64,000 nt of DNA from Sporichthyaceae bacterium (GTDB lineage Bacteria > Actinomycetota > Actinomycetes > Sporichthyales > Sporichthyaceae): the NCBI GenBank assembly GCA_036269075.1, contig DATASX010000078.1:15130-79129 (forward strand), read 5' to 3'. A program made the translations under genes and the position numbers. Shown here in pieces: positions 51,701 through 58,324 of this stretch. The notes under the pieces were generated by a model. That model saw only the letters and a program-made list of their open reading frames with translations, was not told where the DNA came from and searched no databases. The number at the start of each line of letters is the position of its first letter. Position 1 is the first letter of the stretch.

Positions 51701-52557
51701 AACGCGAGGAATGTGCCCAGGCTGATCCGGTGGTGCAGGGCCAGCCAGCCGCCCAGCGCCAGGACCGCGACCTGCGCCAGGGCCGGGATCGTCTCGAGCA
51801 GCGGTTGGTATCGCGACTGCAGTCGGACCAGGCGCATCCTGGATCCGTAGACGGTCCCGGCCGCAGCGGCGACCCGTTCGATCTCGCGGGCCTCCTGAGC
51901 GAAGGCCTTGACCACCCGGACACCGGTCACGTCGTCGACGACGATGTCGATGAGTTCGCCCTGGCGTTGCTGGGCGTCCCAGGTGGCCGGCGCGATCCGC
52001 CGCCGCATCCGGTAGGTCACAACGAACAGCCCGGGCAGCACGCTCACGCTCACGGCGGCCAGCAGGGGCGAGAGATAGATCATCACGCCCAGCGACACCA
52101 GCATCGCGACCACATTCCCGCTCAGCAGCGGGAGATAGTTCAGCAGCGACTGCACCAGCGAGACGTCGGACCCGGCGCGGGCGACGACCTGGCCGGCCGA
52201 CATGCCGTCCAGCGTCGCCAGGTCCATCGACTGCAGATGCGCCTGGATCCGGTTGCGCAGGTCGTTCTGCACGCCGAAACCGACTCGGCCACCCCGGTAG
52301 CGCCGGATGTAGGCCAACCCGAAGCTCACCACGGCCAGCGCGATCAGCGCGGTCAGCCACGGCCACAGCCGCGAGGTGCGCGCGACGATGACCTCGTCGA
52401 CGATCTGACGGGTGATCAGCGGGACCGCTGCCTGCCCCACGCTGCCGAGCACGGCGGCGCCGAGTGCGAGGCCGACGTCGTGTCGATAGGGCCGCAGGTA
52501 GGCCCAGAGTTGCCGGAGCCAACCGCCGCCCACGGCGGGCGTCGACGGCGGGTTCAC
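48790..52557 (-). CDS. fused ABC exporter (TMD-NBD-TMD-NBD in one 1255-aa chain; multidrug/lipid-exporter type)
   Basis: Two type-I exporter halves. Walker A GRGGSGKST and GETGAGKST, signatures LSGGQRQRVALAR and LSSGQRQLIALAR, Walker B ILDDATS and LLDEATS. Confidence 0.9.
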   Translation of the reverse strand: MNPPSTPAVGGGWLRQLWAYLRPYRHDVGLALGAAVLGSVGQAAVPLITRQIVDEVIVARTSRLWPWLTALIALAVVSFGLAYIRRYRGGRVGFGVQNDLRNRIQAHLQSMDLATLDGMSAGQVVARAGSDVSLVQSLLNYLPLLSGNVVAMLVSLGVMIYLSPLLAAVSVSVLPGLFVVTYRMRRRIAPATWDAQQRQGELIDIVVDDVTGVRVVKAFAQEAREIERVAAAAGTVYGSRMRLVRLQSRYQPLLETIPALAQVAVLALGGWLALHHRISLGTFLAFSSYIGQFVHPARQLASVLTIAQHARAGLERIQQLLDLVPKVREAPDAVELPTLRGEITFDDVHFGYGPDRPVLQGFDLHIRPGERVALVGRGGSGKSTAAALVSRLHDPDSGRVLLDSHDVRGLRLQWLRSRVAIAFEDSFLFSDTVEANIGYGRPGASTAQIEAAARAAAAHEFIRELPDGYATRVGERGLTLSGGQRQRVALARAILADPAVLILDDATSAVDSRTEQVIHDELRAVLAGRTTILIAHRLSTLGLADRIVVVEDGRVVEDGTHEELTVTSARYRSLLSGLEDEESAPLADRNGLVGVTATAWARRQNTDGVVDPRAAIGRGRTLAASPELLARVRALRPIRDLPALDVAAESQARNGFSLFRLLLGFRRPLLIGLALIVADALAGLATPLMVKIGIDHGVARSSTTVLFAVSGLLLLITLADLVVEAAETFVTGRTAERVMLALRIRIWAQLQRLSLDYYEHEMTGRIMTRMTTDVDQFESLIENGLVSALVSFVTFLGVGVALLVINPELGGWTLTVVVPLAVATVTFRRRATALYEQSRDRIAVINAEFQESLSGVREAQAFAHEAATTEHFQSLGRHYLDSRLAAQRLVALYFPFVQLLSAVADAIVLGVGVQLIGSGRLTTGALMAFILYVDMFFDPIQALSQVFDSWQQSRVSINRITGLMGLSTLTPNPEHPVALGRLAGEIAASDVRFSYPAPPAARDEQRRGPADVRIPESKQATKLPEALRGIDLHLVAGETLALVGETGAGKSTMMKLLARFYDPDTGTITVDDGDLRSMDLHAFRTQLGYVPQEAFLFATTIRDNIAYGRPHASDAQIEAAARATGAHDFIAAQPDGYHSAVSRHGRSLSSGQRQLIALARAELMDPAVLLLDEATSNLDLATEALVTAAMHRVARRRTTVIIAHRLQTARTADRIAMMRAGRVVELGTHSELLAAGGNYAAMWQAFEDLAAQPEH

Positions 52558-52632
52558 CTCACCATGTTAGGTAGTGCAGGCCCATGCATGCGTCGGACGC
52601 GAACGGTCGACGGGCCTGCGGGTGACGCCATG

Positions 52633-53019
52633 TCAGGTCAACCATTCCTCGTCGCTGCGGGTCGTCCGGGCCCCGAGCCAGGAGCCCAGTGCTTCGATCA
52701 ACGGGCCCGGGTTGCGCCGTGACCGGGGGAATCGACGGGCGCTGGTGAACAGCACCCGTCGCGGTGGGTCACTCGTCCGCAGGAGAGCGGCGAAGTCCCG
52801 CACGTTCTCGGTGACCACACGTCGGTCGGACTCGCGGGCCCAGCGCGCGATCTGCGGGTCGGACATGGTCGCCAGCACCGGATGACCCGCCACGGCCAAC
52901 ACGTCGAAGCCGTCGCCACGCAGGGTCTCGGCCAGTACCGGGGAGAACATCTCGTCGAGCAGGAGCGCCTCCGCGTTCGCTATGCCTTCGGTGCGCCGTG
53001 CCCGGCCCTTCGCAGTCAT
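52633..53019 (-). CDS. DUF5615/Mut7-C-like PIN-fold protein (putative toxin)
   Basis: Internal ATG 53019 overlaps the upstream stop (ATGA). 128 aa. LLLDEMFSPVLAETLRGDGFDVLAV ... RVVVTENVRDF pattern. Confidence 0.5.
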   Translation of the reverse strand: MTAKGRARRTEGIANAEALLLDEMFSPVLAETLRGDGFDVLAVAGHPVLATMSDPQIARWARESDRRVVTENVRDFAALLRTSDPPRRVLFTSARRFPRSRRNPGPLIEALGSWLGARTTRSDEEWLT

Positions 53020-53456
53020 GCCAGCAGTGCCCGGCGGCGTTCCCATTCCCGTTCGGCCTCGATCGATGCCGTCTCGGCCCGGGTGATCCAGTCCTCGATC
53101 TCGTCGGGGTGCGCGCTCCAGTAGCCGATCCCGGCCTCGACCACGGACTGCGGCACCGCGAACGTCTCGGCCGCGGCGCTCACGGCGGTCGGACCGCGTT
53201 CGTCGATCTCCCGCAGGAACCGCACCAGTTCCCACACATCGGGCCCGACCACCAGCGACGCGCGCCGGCCTGCCGGGCCGTCACGGAACACGACCCCGGG
53301 ATGCTCCGCCATTCGCAGACCCTCGTCGACGAGTCGCTGGACCAGTCCCGAAGGAGTGGCGCCTGGCGTCGCGGCGGCGTGCCGGCGCAGACCGGCCAGG
53401 ACCTCGGCCTCGAACCTGATCGACAGTGGAGCAGTCATGTAGTAAATGTAGCGCAA
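53016..53456 (-). CDS. RHH + DUF433-like protein (putative antitoxin)
   Basis: About 140 aa. N-terminal LSIRFEAEVLAGLRRHAA...LVQRLVDEGL is ribbon-helix-helix-like. It is followed by VVFRDGPAGRRASLVVGPDVWELV...AGIGYWSAHPDEI, which is DUF433-like. Confidence 0.5.
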   Translation of the reverse strand: MRYIYYMTAPLSIRFEAEVLAGLRRHAAATPGATPSGLVQRLVDEGLRMAEHPGVVFRDGPAGRRASLVVGPDVWELVRFLREIDERGPTAVSAAAETFAVPQSVVEAGIGYWSAHPDEIEDWITRAETASIEAEREWERRRALLA

Positions 53457-53465
53457 AGACTCGGT

Positions 53466-54326
53466 TCAACAAGGCGAAGTGACGCCCGCCGCGGACACCA
53501 GGACGTCAGCCTCGCGCGGGCCGGGCAACTCCGCCCCGGTCTGGACGTCGCTGCGGGTCACGGCCAACCGGCAGACCAGCACGAGGACGAGCAGCGCACA
53601 GCAGGCGGCGGTCCGGCCGTCGCCGAAGTTGAGGCCGCCGCCGTTGTGCGGCTTGCTGATCCAGTCGGAGAAGGAGGCGCCGAGCGGCCGCGTGACCACG
53701 TAGGACATCCAGAACGCCGGCACGCTGTCCAGGCCGAAGCGCCGCCAGGCCAGCGCCGGAAGCACGATCAGTAGGGCGAAGAGCACGCCGGAGGTCAGGA
53801 AGCCCAGTTTCATCGAGGCCGCGGTCAGGTCGCCCAGCGCGGTGCCGAGGGCGAAGGTGGAGAACACCGTGGCCCAGTACCAACACTCGCGCCGGCGGGT
53901 CGTGATGCTGTGCACGGACAACGTGCCCTCGCTGCGGCGCCACGACCGGAACACCACTGCCAGGACCACTGCCCACAGCAACGTGGTTCCCGCGTAGGGG
54001 ATGCCGATGTCGACGTGCAGGAAGTCGGCCATGCCGGTCCCGATCACCGCGATGGCGTAGGCGAGCAACCAGTACGCGGCAGCCCGGTAGCGACGGGTGG
54101 CGAACTGCGCCACCAGACCGAGCGCGAGCAGCAGCACCTCGATGCCGACCCCGATGACGTTGCCGTAGGTGCCCAGCCAGTCCGAGGTGACCTCGCCACC
54201 CGCGGTGGTCAGGATCTTCACCACCCAGAAGACCGCCAGCACCGCGGGCACCTTGGCCGCGATCGGTTGGCCGAACATCCGAGTTGCGCCTGTGCCCCTG
54301 TCCATCGGTTCGCTCCAGCGACTCAC
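53466..54326 (-). CDS. membrane protein, COG4705-like (repeated 'membrane-anchored' family)
   Basis: 286 aa. KVPAVLAVFWVVKILTTAGGEVTSDWL and a second repeat WYWATVFSTFALGTALGDL. About 8 TM segments. Confidence 0.65.
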   Translation of the reverse strand: MSRWSEPMDRGTGATRMFGQPIAAKVPAVLAVFWVVKILTTAGGEVTSDWLGTYGNVIGVGIEVLLLALGLVAQFATRRYRAAAYWLLAYAIAVIGTGMADFLHVDIGIPYAGTTLLWAVVLAVVFRSWRRSEGTLSVHSITTRRRECWYWATVFSTFALGTALGDLTAASMKLGFLTSGVLFALLIVLPALAWRRFGLDSVPAFWMSYVVTRPLGASFSDWISKPHNGGGLNFGDGRTAACCALLVLVLVCRLAVTRSDVQTGAELPGPREADVLVSAAGVTSPC

Positions 54327-54432
54327 GGCGGGCGCCCCCCGATGCCCGCGTCCGGATCAACCTTGGATCTTGTTCCTTTGCGTCGGCTTGGGGCCTGCTG
54401 CGACGATCCTTCGACCCGACCCGGAGGACCCG

Positions 54433-55632
54433 ATGACCGATTGGCCGGAAATCCCAGCAGGCAGCGATTTCGGTCCCACGAACCTGCCGTACGGGATCTT
54501 CACCGCCCCCGGGCACGGTCGGTCCACCCCGCGGGTCGGGGTCGCGATCGGCGAGCACGTGCTGGACCTGAGCACGTTGCGTGGCGAGCCGGAGTTCGCG
54601 TCCGCGACGCTGAACCGGTTCCTGGCCCAGGGCCCTGCCCGCTGGTCCGCGGTGCGCGACGACCTGGTCGAACTGGCGTACGGGCCGCGTCACCGGGACC
54701 AGGTGCGGCCGCACCTGATTCCCCGGGCCCAGGTGGAACTGCGCCTACCCGTCGAGATCGGGGACTACGTCGACTTCTACTCCTCGCGACACCACGCCGA
54801 GAACGTCGGGCGCATGTTCCGGCCCGACGCCGACCCGCTCACGCCGAACTGGTTGCACCTGCCGATCGGCTATCACGGCCGGTCGGGCACGATCGTGGTG
54901 TCCGGCACCGACGTGCGCCGCCCGTGCGGCCAGCGGCGCGGCGCGGCCGGGCCGGAGTTCGGCCCGAGCATCCGGCTGGACGTCGAGGCCGAGGTCGGCT
55001 TCGTGGTTGGCACGCCCTCCGCCCCCGGCGAACCGGTGGACGTGGACAGCTTCCGCGAGCACGTCTTCGGCGTGGTCCTGCTCAACGACTGGTCGGCCCG
55101 GGACATCCAGGCGTGGGAGTACCAGCCGCTGGGCCCGTTCCTGGGCAAGTCGTTCGCGACGTCGATCTCGCCGTGGGTGGTGCCGCTGGCCGCGCTGGAG
55201 GCGGCGACGGTCCCGGCCCAGGCGCAGGACCCGACTCCGTTGCCTTACTTGTGGGAGAAACGCAGCAGCGCATTGGACCTGAATCTCGAGGTGTCCTGGA
55301 ACGAAACCGTCGTGGCTCGTCCGCCGTTCGCTGCGATGTACTGGACGCCCGGCCAACAGTTGGCGCACCTGACGGTCAACGGGGCCTCGCTGCGCACCGG
55401 CGACCTCTACGCCTCCGGGACGGTCTCCGGACCGCGACCGGACCAGCGCGGCTCCTTCCTCGAGCTGACCTGGAACGGCGCCGAACCGGTCACCCTGGCG
55501 GACGGATCGACGCGCACCTTCCTCGCGGACGGCGACACGGTCTGCATCCGGGCGAGCGCGCCGGCCGTCGGCGGCGGCCGCCTCGGCTTCGGCGCGGTCT
55601 GCGGCCGGATCGTGCCGGCGCCGCAGTTATGA
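54433..55632 (+). CDS. fumarylacetoacetase (FAH family)
   Basis: ATG 54433 behind GGAGGA. MTDWPEIPAGSDFGPTNLPYGIF, DYVDFYSSRHHAENVG, LPIGYHGRSGT, and a C-terminal FAH domain. Confidence 0.9.
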   Translation: MTDWPEIPAGSDFGPTNLPYGIFTAPGHGRSTPRVGVAIGEHVLDLSTLRGEPEFASATLNRFLAQGPARWSAVRDDLVELAYGPRHRDQVRPHLIPRAQVELRLPVEIGDYVDFYSSRHHAENVGRMFRPDADPLTPNWLHLPIGYHGRSGTIVVSGTDVRRPCGQRRGAAGPEFGPSIRLDVEAEVGFVVGTPSAPGEPVDVDSFREHVFGVVLLNDWSARDIQAWEYQPLGPFLGKSFATSISPWVVPLAALEAATVPAQAQDPTPLPYLWEKRSSALDLNLEVSWNETVVARPPFAAMYWTPGQQLAHLTVNGASLRTGDLYASGTVSGPRPDQRGSFLELTWNGAEPVTLADGSTRTFLADGDTVCIRASAPAVGGGRLGFGAVCGRIVPAPQL

Positions 55633-55823
55633 GGGTCTCGCGCCGGTCCTAGGCCGCGTACGACCTGGTCTCCGATGTCACCCGCACGGGCGAGTGGAGT
55701 TCGGAGTGCAAGGAATGCTCAAGGTGGCGACGGGACTTCCGCGGTCGGTTGTCACGCTCGGCGACTTGTTGCGTCGTGAGCCTCCTGAGGTAGCTGCGAC
55801 GGTAGAAATGTCCTGAAACCGAT

Positions 55824-55844
55824 GTCTGGACACTATGTCCAGAC
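55824..55844. promoter_or_regulatory. perfect 9-3-9 palindrome (candidate operator) upstream of module B
   Basis: GTCTGGACA-CTA-TGTCCAGAC. An extra half-site TGTCCAGAC lies at 55918-55926. Confidence 0.55.
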
Positions 55845-55872
55845 GCGTCGACCACTTTGTCCTCTTTGTGTG

Positions 55873-55900
55873 TTGACTCCACATTTCCGGCCTGTAGAGT
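55873..55900 (+). promoter_or_regulatory. candidate housekeeping-sigma promoter of module B
   Basis: -35 TTGACT (55873-55878), 16-nt spacer, -10 TAGAGT (55895-55900). It sits in a locally AT-richer intergenic region about 75 nt upstream of ATG 55976. Confidence 0.4.
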
Positions 55901-55975
55901 AACCACTCGCTACAAGGTGTCCAGACAAGCGTTCTAGCCAGTCCATCCAGGTGCGGAACTCAGCTGCGGGGTGCA

Positions 55976-57424
55976 ATGTCGCGCTCAAGACGTCGGCGAT
56001 CGCCGGTCGCGAAATGGCTCGGTTCCGGGTTGGCCGCGGCCGCGGTGGTCGGGACGGGCACGTTGGTGTGGAGCCCGCCGGCAAGTGCCGATGCCGGCTC
56101 CTTCTACGAAGCGAGTGCGCGCTCCGCGGTGGCCGACGGGTACTTCACGAACTCGACCATTCCCGGTGGCGTGAAGCCCGAGGGTGGTGGCCCGGAGACC
56201 GACGTGGCGCAGTCCTCGCTGAGCAAGGGCGACGCGAACGCCTCGTTCCCGTACTTCGGCGACTATGTGCCGACCGCCCCGGGCGTCGTGTCCGGCCTGT
56301 TCGGCTTCCCGGTACCCCCCTATCCGCTGACCGCGTCGTCGACATTCGGCAGCGAACCGGGCAAGGCGAATTACCCGGGCATCGAGCTCAGCGCGGTGAG
56401 CCGGGCAAATTCGACGGTGGCCGACGGTGTGTTCGGCTCGGCGGGATCCGGCGCGGTGTCTCACTCAGAGGTTGATCAGACTGCCGACAACCAGATCACG
56501 GCCTCGGCCGTCGCGTCCTCGCCGTTGACCAACCTCGGCCCGTTGGTCAGCGTCAAGGGCCTGGAATCGACGGTCTCGGTGCTGGCGGACGCGACTGGTG
56601 CGTTGACCCGGACCTCGAATTTCTCCATCGACGAAATCTCCGTACCGGGTCTGGTGCTGCGCATTCCGGAGCGGACACCGGGATCGGTCCCGCTGCCCTT
56701 CCCGGTCCCCGTGCCAGGGGTGCCGGCTCCGCAGCCGATTCCGTTGCAGCCCTTCCCGATACCCAACGGCGGCACGACGCTGGTCGAGCCCAGGATCGGA
56801 TTCATCAACGGCTATTTCGTGGTGACGCAGCCGTTCGGCGCGGACTCGCGCAAGTACGTGGTACCCGCGGACGCGGTCGTGCAAGCGTTCAAGGCGCAAG
56901 GCGTCGCGCTGAACTACACAGCTGCGGCGCTCACCAAGAACGGCATCACCGGTGGCGTTTTCGCGATCAACTACACCTTCGCCGCTCCTCCGGACAACCC
57001 GTTCTACAAGGGCCCGACGCCGACCACATTCATCCTCGGAGCCACCTCGGCCTCGGTGCAGCGGGCGGCGCAAGCCGGCGCGGTAGTGGCAGCGGGGACA
57101 TCCGGCAATTCGGCCGTCCCGGGCGTGCTGCCCGGCGGGCCGTTGGCGCAGGCACCGGACGTGGCCAACGTCGTTGGGCCGGCGACCGCGCCCGCGGTCG
57201 GCCCGGTGCCCACGACTGTCGGTGGGATTCCTACGGTGAACTTCCAGCCGCAGCATCCCGGGGTCGTGTCACACATCAGATCCACGCTGATGGCGGCGGG
57301 CCTGCCCGCCTTCGCGGCCAGTGATTTCTCCGGCCTCTACCTGGCGCTGGTTGGTCTGGCCGGCCTCGGCCTGGTGGCCGTGACGGTTGTCGTCGCTAAG
57401 GGAGTGTCGGCGCGATGGAACTGA
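55976..57424 (+). CDS. module B protein 1: secreted, C-terminally anchored envelope protein (paralog of 24323..25762)
   Basis: 482 aa. MSRSRRRRSPVAKW... signal ending PPASA|DA. Shared blocks ASFPY.GD, APG..SGLFG, ANYPGI.L, VPG...RIP..TPG.VPLP.PVP, A.PP.NP.Y.G. Pro/Ala stalk and C-terminal TM. Confidence 0.8.
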   Translation: MSRSRRRRSPVAKWLGSGLAAAAVVGTGTLVWSPPASADAGSFYEASARSAVADGYFTNSTIPGGVKPEGGGPETDVAQSSLSKGDANASFPYFGDYVPTAPGVVSGLFGFPVPPYPLTASSTFGSEPGKANYPGIELSAVSRANSTVADGVFGSAGSGAVSHSEVDQTADNQITASAVASSPLTNLGPLVSVKGLESTVSVLADATGALTRTSNFSIDEISVPGLVLRIPERTPGSVPLPFPVPVPGVPAPQPIPLQPFPIPNGGTTLVEPRIGFINGYFVVTQPFGADSRKYVVPADAVVQAFKAQGVALNYTAAALTKNGITGGVFAINYTFAAPPDNPFYKGPTPTTFILGATSASVQRAAQAGAVVAAGTSGNSAVPGVLPGGPLAQAPDVANVVGPATAPAVGPVPTTVGGIPTVNFQPQHPGVVSHIRSTLMAAGLPAFAASDFSGLYLALVGLAGLGLVAVTVVVAKGVSARWN

Positions 57425-57738
57425 TGAACTTGCTCCGCACCCAGTGGGACCGGGCGATGGCCATCCTTTGCGCCATCGGCGGGTTGGTGTCCCTGCTCCT
57501 CGGATGGATCGGCACCAGCGGCACGGCGCACGTCGCGGCTCAACTGCCCTACCTCGTCTCCAACGGGCTGACCGGCATCTTCCTGCTCGGTGTCGCGGCG
57601 GTGCTGTGGATCAGCGCAGACCTGCGGGACGAGTGGCGTGAGCTGCGCCGCGTCGGCACCCTGCTCGACCGCGAACTGAGCGAGCGTCACAACGGTCGCC
57701 TCGCCGAGCAGGCGTCGGGCTCTCATGCCCGCGCTTGA
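57415..57738 (+). CDS. module B protein 2: conserved 2-TM miniprotein
   Basis: 107 aa. LRTQWDRAMAILCAIGGLVSLLLG...PYLVSNGLTGIFLLG...SADLRDEWRELR. It has the same ATGGAAsTGATGA overlap junction as copy A. Confidence 0.8.
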   Translation: MELMNLLRTQWDRAMAILCAIGGLVSLLLGWIGTSGTAHVAAQLPYLVSNGLTGIFLLGVAAVLWISADLRDEWRELRRVGTLLDRELSERHNGRLAEQASGSHARA

Positions 57739-58324
57739 GACGAGGACGGCTGATCTGACACGCACCGCGGACAAGCGCCGCCCGCCCGAGCCCAGTGCCA
57801 CCGGCCCGGTGAACCCGCGGCGGCGTCGGCGTTATCTCCGCGAGCCGCGGCCCTGGCGTAGCTCCGACCTGCGGCGTGCCCTCGCGCTGCTGCTGGTCGG
57901 CGCGGCCGTCTCGGTCTGGGGTTGGTTCGAGGTCAGCGGCAAGGTTCGGTTGCGCGACCAGCAGGGCTGGGCGGCGTTGGCCTACCTCGGCGCGGCGATC
58001 GCGGCATGTGGCGGGGTCTACCTGGTGACCGTCTCGATGCGTGAGGTCCGCCTCGGCCAACGCCAACTGATGTTCGACCTCGCCGATGTCATGGGATGGA
58101 ACGTCTCCGTCATCCAACGCGGCCGGCTCCGGTTGCACGCCGGCGACGAGTCGGGCGCGGCGCTCGCCGAGCACACCGACGCCGGCGTCCTGGTCACCGG
58201 CCCCGGGATGACCTTCGTGCACCGTGCCGAATGCCCGATCACCCGTGGCAAGGCCGTTTCCGGAATCAGCGCAGCGGATGCTGCGGCGCGAAGCCTCGCT
58301 CCGTGTGGGGTGTGCCGGCCGTGA
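57725..58324 (+). CDS. module B protein 3: 2-TM membrane protein with Ada-like H/C3 motif
   Basis: 199 aa. Arg-rich N-terminus, 2 TM segments, C-terminus MTFVHRAECPITRGKAVSGISAADAAARSLAPCGVCRP. Its stop overlaps the permease GTG (GTGA). Confidence 0.8.
   Translation: MPALETRTADLTRTADKRRPPEPSATGPVNPRRRRRYLREPRPWRSSDLRRALALLLVGAAVSVWGWFEVSGKVRLRDQQGWAALAYLGAAIAACGGVYLVTVSMREVRLGQRQLMFDLADVMGWNVSVIQRGRLRLHAGDESGAALAEHTDAGVLVTGPGMTFVHRAECPITRGKAVSGISAADAAARSLAPCGVCRP

Noticed and set aside
48793-52722. Long plus-strand ORFs 48793..50454 and 50470..52722
   Set aside because: Antisense to the 1255-aa fused ABC exporter, which has two complete Walker A / signature / Walker B sets. The plus-strand translations are Arg/Gly/Asp/Pro-rich shadow sequence.
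55649-55906. 85-aa and 68-aa minus-strand ORFs in the intergenic region upstream of module B
   Set aside because: The region is locally AT-richer, lacks GC3 bias, and contains the palindromic operator and promoter-like hexamers. It is more plausibly non-coding regulatory DNA.
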